Shown here in pieces: positions 47,757 to 57,754 of a stretch of DNA of 64,000 bases. The notes below the pieces were generated by a model. It was not told where the DNA came from and did not search any database. It was given only the letters and a program-made list of their open reading frames with translations. The position numbers were made by a program, and so were the translations under genes. This DNA comes from Candidatus Bipolaricaulia bacterium (lineage in GTDB: Bacteria; Bipolaricaulota; Bipolaricaulia; RBG-16-55-9). The DNA is taken from contig JBDGQO010000033.1 in assembly GCA_042219045.1 (NCBI GenBank), positions 28,167 to 92,166 of the forward strand, in the 5' to 3' direction. Within the stretch, counting starts at the first letter, position 1, and each line of letters starts with the position of its first letter.

Positions 47757-48722
47757 TCACGTCGTTTGAACGACGCTCGTTCCGGCCTCGCCATCGAGGC
47801 CGTCGCGCGCCTGCCTCAGCGACGTGATCACGGCCCGTCGGCCGCCGTTTTCCAGGAACCGAACGGCTGCTTTAACCTTCGGCCCCATGCTTCCTGCGGG
47901 AAACTCTCCGTTCTCCAGATAGGCCTTGGCATCGGCCAACGACACTCGATCGAGTTCCGCCTGTTCGGGCGTGCCGTAGCGCACTGCGACCCGTTCCACG
48001 TCGGTCAGGATCATCAGCGTCTCGGCGTCCAGTGAGCTGGCGAGGCGCTCGGTGGCGAGATCCTTGTCGATGACGGCGTCGATGCCCTCTAGTTGCCCAT
48101 TCCGGCGAATGACGGGGACGCCACCGCCGCCGCAGGCGATGACGAGTTGATCGTTCGCGACCATCGACGCAATGTTGGCCGCTTCAACGATCTCGAGCGG
48201 ATCTGGCGAGGGAACGACGCGTCGATACGGACGCTCACCCTGACCGACCCTTTCGATGACGTAGCCGGGTTGATTTGCAAACCGTTCCGCTTCGGCCTCG
48301 GTGTAGAACGGCCCGATCGGCTTGCTCGGCCGATCGAAGGCCCCGTCTTCCGGATCGACGACCGCCTGTGTGGTCACCGACGCGACAGGCTGGGAGATGC
48401 CGCGCTCAGCGAGCGTTTGTCGGAGGGCTTGCTGGAAGAGATAGCCGATCTGGCCCTGCGTCATCGCCACACAGACGTCGAGCGGCACGGGCGGCACGTC
48501 CTCCGAACTCAGCTCCTGTTGAAGCAGTAGCGCACCGACCTGCGGGCCGTTGCCGTGCGTGAGCACGACCCGCCGGCCGTCGGCGATGATCTCGGCTATC
48601 TGGGCGGCACTGTCCTGGACTGCGGCTCGTTGCTCCTCCAGGGTGCCGTGTCCTTGGGCCGAGGAGATCGCGTTGCCGCCCAAGGCGATAACGGCCGTGT
48701 GGTGTGCATCTAAGGTTTCCAT
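47757..48722 (-). CDS. arcC: Carbamate kinase
   Basis: 321 aa. AAK fold, AVIALGGNAI, VLTHGNGPQVG, IACGGGGVPV. Confidence 0.85.
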   Translation of the reverse strand: METLDAHHTAVIALGGNAISSAQGHGTLEEQRAAVQDSAAQIAEIIADGRRVVLTHGNGPQVGALLLQQELSSEDVPPVPLDVCVAMTQGQIGYLFQQALRQTLAERGISQPVASVTTQAVVDPEDGAFDRPSKPIGPFYTEAEAERFANQPGYVIERVGQGERPYRRVVPSPDPLEIVEAANIASMVANDQLVIACGGGGVPVIRRNGQLEGIDAVIDKDLATERLASSLDAETLMILTDVERVAVRYGTPEQAELDRVSLADAKAYLENGEFPAGSMGPKVKAAVRFLENGGRRAVITSLRQARDGLDGEAGTSVVQTT

Positions 48723-48735
48723 GGGGGATCGCAGC

Positions 48736-50145
48736 CTAAACCGTATCGACCTTGATTAGATTGGTGGTGCCGGGGACGCCGAAGGGCGCGCCGGCGGTCA
48801 GCACGACGGGCATGTCGGGCGGAATCTGGAAGTGGCGTGCGGCGGTCTCGATGGCGCGACGCAGCATCAGTTCGGTGTTGTCGTGATAGCCGACCACCAA
48901 GGAATAGACCCCCCACACGAGCGCCAGCTTGTTGCGCACGCGCTCCGAATACGTCACGACGACGATCGGGGTGCGCGGCCGAAACTTGGCCACAAGCTTG
49001 GCTGTCGACCCTGACGCCGTCGAGGGGATGATGGCCGCGGCTTCAATCCGTTCGGCGATCTCGCAAGCCGATTCCCCAATCGCCTCTGTGACCGAGGCTT
49101 GGCTCCCTTTCAGACGATGGTAGACTTCCTCGTCGCGCTCGATGCGCTCGGCGACGTTGGTCATCACCTCGATCGTCGCTATCGGATAGTCGCCGATGGC
49201 TGTTTCCTCGCTGAGCATGATGGCATCAGTGCCGTCCATAATGGCGTTGGCGACGTCAGCAACCTCCGCGCGGGTGGGCGTCGGGGCGTCGGTCATCGAC
49301 TTGAGCATTTGGGTGGCAATGATGACCGGCTTGCCTGCGTCGTTGCATTTGGTGACGATCTGCTTCTGCGCGAGCGGAACCTCCTCATACGGCAGCTCCA
49401 CGCCGAGGTCGCCGCGGGCGACCATGATGCCATCGGCCGCGTCGATGATCTCGTCAATGTGTTGGTACGCCTTCGGCGTCTCGATCTTCGCAATGACGCC
49501 GATGGGCGCGTCGCCGATGACTTCGCGAACTTGATGAATATCGGCGGCGCGCTGCACGAACGACACCGCGAGCCAATCCACGTCGAGATCAACGGCAAAA
49601 CGGAGGTCCGCGTCGTCGTGCGCGTCCATGGGGATGTCGACGTCGGGCACGCTGATCCGCTTCCGCTCAGCGAGCACGCCGTCGTTCTGCACTTCGCAAA
49701 TGACGTCGCCGTCGATGACCTCGTCCACGGTCATCACGATCTCGCCGCCGGCCAGCATCACTTCCATGCCCGGCTTGACGTAGTCAGCAAAGTCGTCGCG
49801 GTCCACGTAGACGCGGTTCTCGTCGCCGATGATCGACTCGTTCGTAAGCGTGAACGTCTGCCCGGCCTGCAGCGCGACGTGTTCGCCCTTGAGCGTTCCG
49901 GTGCGAATGCCTTCGCCCGGCGCGTCGGCCATGACGGCCAGCGGGGTCTCGAGGTTCGTGGCCACCTGCCGGACGCCTTCGAGCATCTGGCGATGGGTAT
50001 CGGCATCCCCGTGGGCCAGGTTGAGCCGCACGACGTTCATGCCCGCGCGGATCATCTCCCCGATCGTGGAGGCGTCGTGGGACGCTGGCCCGAGCGTGGC
50101 GACGATCTTGGTTTTTTTCAGCGAGTGGTCCATGTACGCGGTCAT
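48736..50145 (-). CDS. pyk: Pyruvate kinase
   Basis: 469 aa. KTKIVATLGPAS, MVARGDLGVE. Start may be M5. Confidence 0.92.
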   Translation of the reverse strand: MTAYMDHSLKKTKIVATLGPASHDASTIGEMIRAGMNVVRLNLAHGDADTHRQMLEGVRQVATNLETPLAVMADAPGEGIRTGTLKGEHVALQAGQTFTLTNESIIGDENRVYVDRDDFADYVKPGMEVMLAGGEIVMTVDEVIDGDVICEVQNDGVLAERKRISVPDVDIPMDAHDDADLRFAVDLDVDWLAVSFVQRAADIHQVREVIGDAPIGVIAKIETPKAYQHIDEIIDAADGIMVARGDLGVELPYEEVPLAQKQIVTKCNDAGKPVIIATQMLKSMTDAPTPTRAEVADVANAIMDGTDAIMLSEETAIGDYPIATIEVMTNVAERIERDEEVYHRLKGSQASVTEAIGESACEIAERIEAAAIIPSTASGSTAKLVAKFRPRTPIVVVTYSERVRNKLALVWGVYSLVVGYHDNTELMLRRAIETAARHFQIPPDMPVVLTAGAPFGVPGTTNLIKVDTV

Positions 50146-50414
50146 CGCCCCATTTGTGGAATGACCTGCCGAACGGACGTTCGGTAGGTTGCCGTTCGGG
50201 TTCGCTCCGTATGTTGGGAAAGCCTAGTGTATCAGCTCGCCCGCGGTGCGCCAACAAGCCGCGCATCGGGGCTTAACGCCGCACCGCAGGGCATGATATA
50301 GATCATAGCGGCGCTTGCGACCGATACCTACGATGCCGTATCGTGTCGGCCAATCGTTCACGCAAAGCATCAACAAGACGGCCCTGACCCTCAACATGCA
50401 CAAGGAATGAAACC

Positions 50415-50816
50415 GTGGCTGAGCGACCAACCATCAAGACCAAAGGACCCCGAACCGGCTTGTCGCTTTGGGAGGCCCTGCGATACCGCGGCGGCGCCGG
50501 CCAATGGGCCTGGATCCTCCATCGCGTCACCGGGCTTGGCGTCCTGTTTTTCCTGATACTGCACATCCTCGACATCTACATGGCCGCGTTCGGTCCGGCC
50601 GTGTTCAACAAGCTGTTGTTCATCTACCACAGCGTCGTGTTCAAGCCCCTGATCATCCTGCTCATCTTCGGGGTCATCTACCATGCGCTCAACGGCCTGC
50701 GGCTCGTGATGTTCGACCTGTGGCCCAAGTCGGCGCTGGCGCAGCGCGAGATGTGGTACGGCGCGATGGCGATCAGCGTAGGCGTGGCGCTCGTTTCGAT
50801 CGTCGTGATGATCTAG
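50415..50816 (+). CDS. sdhC: Succinate dehydrogenase cytochrome b subunit
   Basis: 133 aa, 3 TM, His heme ligand in HRVTG. Confidence 0.8.
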   Translation: MAERPTIKTKGPRTGLSLWEALRYRGGAGQWAWILHRVTGLGVLFFLILHILDIYMAAFGPAVFNKLLFIYHSVVFKPLIILLIFGVIYHALNGLRLVMFDLWPKSALAQREMWYGAMAISVGVALVSIVVMI

Positions 50817-50834
50817 AGGAGGCGTTCGCACCTT

Positions 50835-51248
50835 ATGGCTATTCCCCCGTCGCGCGCCCACGCCGGCAGCAACTTCGAGCGCTGGTCCTGGTACTTCATG
50901 CGCGTTTCCGGCGTGGTGCTGTTGTTTATCGCCGTGTTCCATCTGCTCTGGATGCATTGGGTGATCGGCCTGGAAAACATCAAATTCGAGACGATCGTGG
51001 TCCGCTGGACGGGGTCATTTGGGCCGTTCTGGCGCGTCTATGACCTGTTGCTGTTGACGTTCGCGTTGACCCACGGCATGAACGGGTTACGTTGGGTCAT
51101 CGACGATTATGTCCATGGCCGTGGCGCCAACACGATCTTGAAGGCCGCGTTCGGCATACTGTTCGTTGTCCTGATCGTGATCGGCGCCTACGTCATCTTC
51201 ACGTTCAGCGCGCCGCCTGAGATATCGCTAAAGGGGATGGGCGTATGA
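50835..51248 (+). CDS. sdhD: Succinate dehydrogenase hydrophobic membrane anchor subunit
   Basis: 137 aa, 3 TM, between sdhC and sdhA. ATGA overlap with sdhA. Confidence 0.7.
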   Translation: MAIPPSRAHAGSNFERWSWYFMRVSGVVLLFIAVFHLLWMHWVIGLENIKFETIVVRWTGSFGPFWRVYDLLLLTFALTHGMNGLRWVIDDYVHGRGANTILKAAFGILFVVLIVIGAYVIFTFSAPPEISLKGMGV

Positions 51249-53017
51249 TCCATCGACACCATCATGACGTGATTATCGTCGGCGCGGGCGGCGCAGGGCT
51301 CATGGCGGCGCTCCATGCCTCAAGGGGCGCCGACACGGCCGTGCTGAGCAAGCTTTACCCGACGCGCTCGCATACGGGCGCCGCCCAAGGCGGCATTGGG
51401 GCTGCCTTGGGCAATCTCGAGGAAGACCGTCCCGAGTGGCACACCTACGACACCATCAAGGGCAGCGACTATCTGGCCGATCAGGACGCCGTGGAGCTGA
51501 TGTGCCGCGAGGCGCCGGAGACGATCATCGAGCTTGAGCACCTCGGACTGCCCTTTGATCGCACCGATGAGGGACGCATTTCCCAACGACGCTTCGGCGG
51601 CCACACCAACAACGATACGCAACAGCCCGTACGTCGGGCCTGTCACGCCGCGGATCGAACCGGCCACATGATCCTGCAGACGCTTTATCAGCAGTGCATC
51701 AAGAACGAGGTCAACTTCTTTGACGAGTTTCAAGTGATCGATCTCTTGATCAACGAGGGGCGCGTGGCCGGCATCGTGGCCTATGACATCGACGCCGGCG
51801 AATACCACATCTTCCAGGCGAAGAGCGTGCTCTTTGCAACGGGCGGTTGGGGGCGACTCTGGTCGGTCTCCAGCAACGCCGTGACGCTGAGCGGCGACGG
51901 GGCCGCGGTCGTCTACAAGCGCGGTATCCCCTTGGAGGACATGGAGTTCTATCAGTTCCATCCGACGGGCATCTATCGCATGGGGATCCTGATCACCGAG
52001 GGCGTCCGGGGCGAGGGCGGCGTGCTCATCAACGACGAGGGCGAACGGTTCATGGATCGTTACGCGCCGACGATCAAGGATCTGGCCTCGCGCGACGTGG
52101 TCTCTCGCGCCATCTACCTCGAAATCCAAGACGGGCGCGGCATCAACGGGGAGGACTACGTCTATTTGGATGTGCGGCCCGAGACCGTCAATCGCTATCT
52201 GCCTGACGACCGCGAGCGGGTTACGGCGAAGCACTTGGAGCAGCGCCTGCCCGACATCCTCGACTTCTGCGAGACGTATCTCGGCATCGATCCCACGAAG
52301 GAACCGATCCCCATCCAGCCGACCGCGCACTACGCCATGGGCGGCATTCCGACCAACGCCAACGGCGAAGTCGTGATCGACGCCGACAACACCCCCATGC
52401 CCGGGCTGTTCGCTGCGGGCGAAACGGCGTGCGTGTCGGTCCACGGGGCCAATCGGCTCGGCACGAACAGCCTGTTGGATCTCGTCGTCTTCGGCAAACT
52501 GGCCGGCCAGCGGGCCGCCCAGCACGCGGGCGACGTTGACTGGGCCGATCTGCCGGAAGACAAGGCCCAAGGGGCGATCGAGGCGTTCGACGCCCTGAGA
52601 TGTTCGAGCGGCTCAGAAAACCCCTTCGAGATTCGCGACGAGCTGCAGAAGACGATGATGACCAACGTCGGCGTCTTCCGCACCGACAAGCTCATGGCCG
52701 AGGCGCGCGAGCAGTTGCTCGAGTTGCGCGAGCGCTTCAAGAATGTCGGCTTGGGCGACCATGGGAAACGCTTCAACCAGGACTTACTGGAGACCTGGGA
52801 GATCGGCAACATGATCGAGCTGAGTCTCGTGACGACCGAGAGCGCCCTGGCACGCACGGAAAGCCGCGGCGCCCACTCGCGCGAGGACCATGCCGAGCGC
52901 GACGACGACAACTGGCTCTACCACACGTTGGCATTCCGAACCGAGGACGGCACGGCCCAGCTTGACCACAAGCCGGTGGTGATCACAAACTATCAGCCGA
53001 AAGAGCGCGTTTACTGA
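51245..53017 (+). CDS. sdhA: Succinate dehydrogenase flavoprotein subunit
   Basis: 590 aa. [17 protein letters not shown]-attachment [10 protein letters not shown]. Confidence 0.93.
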   Translation: MIHRHHHDVIIVGAGGAGLMAALHASRGADTAVLSKLYPTRSHTGAAQGGIGAALGNLEEDRPEWHTYDTIKGSDYLADQDAVELMCREAPETIIELEHLGLPFDRTDEGRISQRRFGGHTNNDTQQPVRRACHAADRTGHMILQTLYQQCIKNEVNFFDEFQVIDLLINEGRVAGIVAYDIDAGEYHIFQAKSVLFATGGWGRLWSVSSNAVTLSGDGAAVVYKRGIPLEDMEFYQFHPTGIYRMGILITEGVRGEGGVLINDEGERFMDRYAPTIKDLASRDVVSRAIYLEIQDGRGINGEDYVYLDVRPETVNRYLPDDRERVTAKHLEQRLPDILDFCETYLGIDPTKEPIPIQPTAHYAMGGIPTNANGEVVIDADNTPMPGLFAAGETACVSVHGANRLGTNSLLDLVVFGKLAGQRAAQHAGDVDWADLPEDKAQGAIEAFDALRCSSGSENPFEIRDELQKTMMTNVGVFRTDKLMAEAREQLLELRERFKNVGLGDHGKRFNQDLLETWEIGNMIELSLVTTESALARTESRGAHSREDHAERDDDNWLYHTLAFRTEDGTAQLDHKPVVITNYQPKERVY

Positions 53018-53034
53018 TTGGGTGACCCCTCTGC

Positions 53035-53748
53035 ATGAACACGCGAACGCTCAAGATCCTGCGCTACAATCCCGAAGCCGACGACAAGCCTTACTGGGGC
53101 GAGTTCGAGTTGGACGTCGAGCCGACGGATCGATTGCTCGACACCCTCAATCAGATCAAGTGGTACCACGACGGCACGCTCGGCGTGCGCCGCTCCTGCC
53201 AGCACGGCATCTGCGGCTCCGACGCCATGGTGGTCAACGGCCAGAACATGCTCGCCTGCAAGGTGCTCATGCGCGACCTCAAGGATCCCGTCTCGGTCGC
53301 GCCGATGCGGGCGTTCAGCGTGATCAAGGACCTCATCGTTGACATGGAGCCGTTCTTTGAAAAGTATCGGGCGATGATGCCGTATCTGGTCAACGAGGAT
53401 CGGCCGCCGGCCCACGAGCGGCTCCAGTCGCAAGAGGACCGCGACTGCATCGACGACTCCACCAAGTGCATCCTTTGCGGCGCGTGCACGACGGCCTGTC
53501 CCTCGTTCTGGGCCAACGAGGACTACGTCGGCCCGGCGGCCATCGTGCAGGCGCATCGCTTCATCTTCGACAGCCGCGATCAAGCCTGGAAGCAGCGGCT
53601 CGACCTGCTCAACGATCGCGATGGCGTTTGGAGCTGCCGCAACATCTTCAACTGCACCGATGCCTGCCCGCGCGGCATTAAGGTCACCAAGGCGATATCG
53701 GAAGTGCGTCAGGCGATGGTGTCCGAGTCGCGCGACGTCGGCGACTGA
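53035..53748 (+). CDS. sdhB: Succinate dehydrogenase iron-sulfur subunit
   Basis: 237 aa. 2Fe-2S CQHGICGSDAM, 4Fe-4S CILCGACTTACP, 3Fe-4S CRNIFNCTDACP. Confidence 0.93.
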   Translation: MNTRTLKILRYNPEADDKPYWGEFELDVEPTDRLLDTLNQIKWYHDGTLGVRRSCQHGICGSDAMVVNGQNMLACKVLMRDLKDPVSVAPMRAFSVIKDLIVDMEPFFEKYRAMMPYLVNEDRPPAHERLQSQEDRDCIDDSTKCILCGACTTACPSFWANEDYVGPAAIVQAHRFIFDSRDQAWKQRLDLLNDRDGVWSCRNIFNCTDACPRGIKVTKAISEVRQAMVSESRDVGD

Positions 53749-53824
53749 ATGCCCCCGTTCGCGCCATGCGGCGACATTCGGGCGATGACATCGCTCGGGA
53801 CCCCGGTCGGCCGTCCGGAAGGCA

Positions 53825-54556
53825 TCAACGCTTCACACCGCGATAGAGGACCGCAATGCCCATGGACAGCCGTTCGTAGGCGGCCTCGGTCAGCCCAGCG
53901 TCGCGCATCATGCCGGAAATGGCTTCGGGCGAGGGGAACGCGCGAATCGTGCGATCGAGGTAGGAATAGGCCGCTCGGTCACCCGTGATCCACCCACCGA
54001 GGCGCGGAAGCACGTAACGCAGATAGGGAAAATAGAAGGCCCGGACGAGCGGAGAGGGCGGCGTCGCGAACTCCAGGATGAGCAGTCGGCCGCCCGGGCG
54101 CAACACTCGACTCATCTCCGCAATGCCTGCCCGATGATCGGCCAGGTTCCGCAAGCCAAACGCCATGCTGGCGACGTCGGCACAGGAGTCGGCGATCGGC
54201 AACCGGAGCGCGTCCCCTTCCAAGAGCATCGACGCGGACGTGCGCTGGCGAAGCTTCGTTTGGCCGACCTCGAGCATGGGCCGAGCGAAGTCGGCCCCGT
54301 AAACCGTCAGCGTCGGGTCGGCGTGCGCGAAGTCCCGTGCCAGCTCGGCGGTTCCCGTGCAGACGTCGAGGATGACGTCGTTCGTTTGGGGGGTGGCCCG
54401 TTGGATGAGGCGTTGCCGCCAGCCCACGTCGCGCCCCAGGCTCAGCACGCGGTTGGCCCGATCGTAGCGATGCGCGATCCGCGAAAACATCCGGGAGACA
54501 TCGGACGCTTCGGGCGCTTCGGGCGGAGACGCGGGCGTCGAGTCGGCGGTTGCCAT
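53825..54556 (-). CDS. ubiE: Demethylmenaquinone/ubiquinone C-methyltransferase
   Basis: 243 aa. SRMFSRIAHRYDRANRVLSLG, VLDVCTGTAELA. Confidence 0.88.
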   Translation of the reverse strand: MATADSTPASPPEAPEASDVSRMFSRIAHRYDRANRVLSLGRDVGWRQRLIQRATPQTNDVILDVCTGTAELARDFAHADPTLTVYGADFARPMLEVGQTKLRQRTSASMLLEGDALRLPIADSCADVASMAFGLRNLADHRAGIAEMSRVLRPGGRLLILEFATPPSPLVRAFYFPYLRYVLPRLGGWITGDRAAYSYLDRTIRAFPSPEAISGMMRDAGLTEAAYERLSMGIAVLYRGVKR

Positions 54557-54575
54557 GGGCGGCGGGCGGTGTGGG

Positions 54576-55025
54576 TCAGAGATCGGCGGTCAAGCCGACG
54601 ATGTCGACGTTCACCTCGTCGACCTCGGCGCCGGCCAATTCCTCCAGCTTGCGCTTGACCATCTGAATGGCGCTTTCCGCGGACTTGTGAATCGGCATGC
54701 CGTACTGCGCGACCAGTGACAGGCGCAGCTTCAGGCGCTTGCCCGGCTCACCGGCGATGGTTTCGTCGTCTTCGTCCTCATCGTCCGTCTGGTCGACCTC
54801 GTCGGGCGCCAACTCGATCTGGATGCCGTCGCCCTGTTGCGCTCGCGACAGCGACGTCCAGAGGCCGCCGCCCTTGACACGGTCCGGCGTAAACAGCCCG
54901 TCAACCTCCAGAAGCGCGCCGTAGACGATCATCTCCAGCGCCCGTTCTTCGATGAACAGTTCGCCCAGTTCGCTTTCCGTCGGTTCGACCTCGTTCATGG
55001 CGGTCCCCCTTACGTTGGTTTGCAA
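54576..55025 (-). CDS. Asp23/Gls24 (alkaline shock protein) family protein
   Basis: 149 aa; likely start MNEVEPTES (54998). DUF322-like core. Acidic insertion DEVDQTDDEDEDDE. Confidence 0.75.
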   Translation of the reverse strand: MQTNVRGTAMNEVEPTESELGELFIEERALEMIVYGALLEVDGLFTPDRVKGGGLWTSLSRAQQGDGIQIELAPDEVDQTDDEDEDDETIAGEPGKRLKLRLSLVAQYGMPIHKSAESAIQMVKRKLEELAGAEVDEVNVDIVGLTADL

Positions 55026-55877
55026 CTACGCCTGGCGCGTGGCCAGTTCGGTCGTCATCTCCCGCAGTCGATCCGCCTCGTTGCCGAAACTTGCCAGGGC
55101 CTGGGTGGCGGCATCGGTCTCGCGGCGGATCCGCTCCCGGGCGGCATCGCGGCCCATGAACCTCGACAGCCGGGCCGAGCCGTCCGCCTCGTCCCAATCG
55201 AGCACGTCGTCCACGAGCTGATACGACAGTCCCAAATGCGTGCCGAACGCGCCCAGCTCGTCCAAGGCCTTGCCATCCAGCCCCGCCAACGTGCCGCCTG
55301 CCACGAGGGCCGCCCGGATCAGCCGGGCCGTCTTGCGGGCGTGCACCTCGTGCCAGGGCTCGCCGTTGGACGTCGACGGCGGCGACTCCAACAGATCCAG
55401 ATACTGGCCGCCCGCCAGGCCGTTGACCCCGAGCGTCTCGGCAAAGAGCGCGACGACGTTGATGAGACGTTCCGCGCCCGCGTAGGCCCGCTGTTCGCGG
55501 CTGATCAACTCAAAGCCGAGCGGCAAGAGCGAATCTCCGACGAGGATCGCGTTGGCTTCCCCGTGCTCGACGTGGACGGTCGGCTGGCCGCGCCGCTCGG
55601 CGTCGTCGTCCATCGCGGGGAGGTCGTCGTGCACGAGCGAGTAGGCATGGAAACACTCGATCGCGGCGGCGGTCGGCAGGGCATGTTGAGGGGCCAAGCC
55701 GCCCAGTTCGGCCGCCTCCATGACCAGGATTGCCCGCACTCGCTTGCCGCCCCGAAGCGCGTATAACATGGCCTCTTGGAGCGTAGCAATGGGGGAGCTG
55801 TCGCGCTCGGCTAGCCCCCGTTCCAGGAAGTCGTTCACCCAGGTGCGCCGCTCGGCAAAGTGGGCCTCCAAATCCAT
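55026..55877 (-). CDS. Polyprenyl diphosphate synthase (trans-IPPS)
   Basis: Trimmed to MDLEAHFAERR... (283 aa). FARM LVHDDLPAMDDDAERRG, SARM LVDDVLDWDEADG. The upstream 192 codons of the track ORF are an artefact. Confidence 0.8.
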   Translation of the reverse strand: MDLEAHFAERRTWVNDFLERGLAERDSSPIATLQEAMLYALRGGKRVRAILVMEAAELGGLAPQHALPTAAAIECFHAYSLVHDDLPAMDDDAERRGQPTVHVEHGEANAILVGDSLLPLGFELISREQRAYAGAERLINVVALFAETLGVNGLAGGQYLDLLESPPSTSNGEPWHEVHARKTARLIRAALVAGGTLAGLDGKALDELGAFGTHLGLSYQLVDDVLDWDEADGSARLSRFMGRDAARERIRRETDAATQALASFGNEADRLREMTTELATRQA

Positions 55878-55958
55878 AACTGCCCCAAGTATACGCGCTG
55901 ATCCGCCGGACGCACAACGGGCTTGTGGCTTCGGAAACGGGCGTGTAGACTGACGCTC

Positions 55959-56417
55959 ATGCGGTTGGTCATCCAACGGGTGAGCGAGGCGCGCGTCGAC
56001 GTTGACGGCACAACGGTGGGCCAGATCGGCCCAGGGCTGCTCGTGCTCGTGGGAGCTCACGCCGACGACGAGCCCGCCAGCGCGGATCATCTCGCCAAGA
56101 AGACCGCCAAACTTCGTATCTTCCCCGATGATAAAGGGAGAATGAACCGATCCGTTGTTGACATTGGCGGCGGCGTGCTGGCCGTTTCGCAGTTCACGCT
56201 CTACGGCGACACGCGCAAGGGGAATCGACCAAGCTTTACGGACGCCGCCCCTCCCGAGCAGGCCGAGCCGCTTCTGGAACGCTATGTGGCCGCGCTGCGC
56301 GAGCAGGTGGCCGAGGTGGAAACGGGCCAGTTCGGCGCCATGATGGACGTCGGTCTGGTCAACGATGGGCCCGTGACGCTCGTGTTGGATCACCCCGAGG
56401 GCCCCGCAACGCGCTAG
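55959..56417 (+). CDS. dtd: D-aminoacyl-tRNA deacylase
   Basis: Trimmed to [13 protein letters not shown]..., SQFTLYGD motif. 152 aa. Confidence 0.88.
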   Translation: MRLVIQRVSEARVDVDGTTVGQIGPGLLVLVGAHADDEPASADHLAKKTAKLRIFPDDKGRMNRSVVDIGGGVLAVSQFTLYGDTRKGNRPSFTDAAPPEQAEPLLERYVAALREQVAEVETGQFGAMMDVGLVNDGPVTLVLDHPEGPATR

Positions 56418-56474
56418 TTGCAGGCGGCCGAGCCGCCAAGTAGAATACGCCACCCGAAAGGAAGGAGCCGTGTC

Positions 56475-56660
56475 ATGGGCGTTCCCAAGTATCGCACCTC
56501 ACGATCAACCAAGCGGAAGCGAAACACCCATCGGAAAATGGCGCGGGCGGCCATCACTGAGTGTCCGCGTTGCCACGAGCCGAAGTTGCCACACCGCGTC
56601 TGCTCGAACTGCGGTACCTATCGCGGCGTCGACGTCCTCCAGCTCGAGGACGAGGAGTAG
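56475..56660 (+). CDS. rpmF: 50S ribosomal protein L32 (zinc-ribbon form)
   Basis: Trimmed to MGVPKYRTSRSTKRKRNTHRK...ECPRCHEPKLPHRVCSNCG. SD GAAAGGAAGGAG upstream. Confidence 0.85.
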   Translation: MGVPKYRTSRSTKRKRNTHRKMARAAITECPRCHEPKLPHRVCSNCGTYRGVDVLQLEDEE

Positions 56661-56664
56661 GCCG

Positions 56665-56772
56665 ATGGAGTGGATCCTGCATCCGCCCGGGGCACACGGT
56701 GGCTACTTGGCGGTGGTCCTGTTGCTCGGGTCCATCATCTACATGGGCTATGCCTTCATTCGTTACCGTTAG
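56665..56772 (+). CDS. Candidate 35-aa membrane micropeptide MEWILHPPGAHGGYLAVVLLLGSIIYMGYAFIRYR
   Basis: ATG 5 nt after rpmF stop with GAGGAG SD upstream. One TM helix. Could be a GC-driven chance ORF. Confidence 0.3.
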   Translation: MEWILHPPGAHGGYLAVVLLLGSIIYMGYAFIRYR

Positions 56773-56801
56773 CGCCCCCTCCCGACTTAACTGATCGGTC
56801 C

Positions 56802-57599
56802 ATGACCGATTCCCTCCCCGAATACTTCGACTTTGCCGCTGAGACGGCGTACTTGGCCGGATGTGTCACGCTCGAACACTTCCAGACGGACATTGACGTC
56901 GAGCGCAAAGCCGATCGGACGCCGGTTACGGCTGCAGATCGCGACGCCGAACGCCTGATTCGTTCCCGTATCGAAACGGCCTATCCCGACCACGCCATCC
57001 TCGGTGAGGAGTTCGGGACCAGTGGTCCCAATGACGCGGCGCACCGCTGGTACATCGACCCCATCGACGGCACCAAGGCGTTCGTGGGTGGCGTTCCGTC
57101 GTACGCCGTGTTGATCGGCTTGGAGATCGAGGGCCGCGTCGACGTCGGCGCGGCATGTTTTCCCGGCCTCGATGAGTTGGTCGTGGCCGCTACGGGCCAG
57201 GGGTGCTGGTGGAACGGCACACCGACCCGAGTTCCAGCGACGCCATGGCTGTCGGAAGGGACTGTGGCGTTCACGGACGTCAACACGTTCGTCGAGTTCG
57301 GCCGCGCTGAGGCGTGGGAGCGCTTGAAACGGACGGCCTACCACCGAGCGGGCTGGGGCGACGCCTACGGCCACTGCCTCGTCGCCACGGGCCGAGCCGA
57401 GCTGATGGTTGATCCGGTCATGAGCCCGTGGGACGCGGGGCCTTTGCCCGTTATACTCCGTGAGGCTGGCGGCTACTTCGGCGACTGGCAAGGCCACGAG
57501 ACGATCCACGCTGGCGAAGGCCTCTCCACCACGCAGACGCTCCTGCCGGAAATTTTGGCCCTAATCCGCGGGGACGACTCACACGACCCATCACGCTGA
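56802..57599 (+). CDS. Inositol monophosphatase family protein (IMPase / histidinol-phosphatase-like)
   Basis: Trimmed to MTDSLPEYFDF... (265 aa). WYIDPIDGTKAF, DAGPLPVILREAGG motifs. Confidence 0.8.
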   Translation: MTDSLPEYFDFAAETAYLAGCVTLEHFQTDIDVERKADRTPVTAADRDAERLIRSRIETAYPDHAILGEEFGTSGPNDAAHRWYIDPIDGTKAFVGGVPSYAVLIGLEIEGRVDVGAACFPGLDELVVAATGQGCWWNGTPTRVPATPWLSEGTVAFTDVNTFVEFGRAEAWERLKRTAYHRAGWGDAYGHCLVATGRAELMVDPVMSPWDAGPLPVILREAGGYFGDWQGHETIHAGEGLSTTQTLLPEILALIRGDDSHDPSR

Positions 57600-57754
57600 G
57601 GGATTTGGTGCCGGGCCCCCGGATCGGCCTGAATGCCTGTCCGATCCCTGCCACATGCCCTATCAGGGGCTTAGGGGCTATCGGACATCTTCTCGAAATG
57701 CTTTCAAATCATATCCAGATAAAATTCGCATTTGGCTTAAATTGTAATCGTCAG

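Noticed and set aside
46597-52570. Antisense ORFs 46597-47730 +, 49099-50187 +, 51320-52570 -
   Set aside because: Opposite xseA, pyk and sdhA.
55878-56453. Upstream 192 codons of the 475-aa polyprenyl-synthase ORF
   Set aside because: No trans-IPPS similarity. Region is occupied by dtd on the plus strand.
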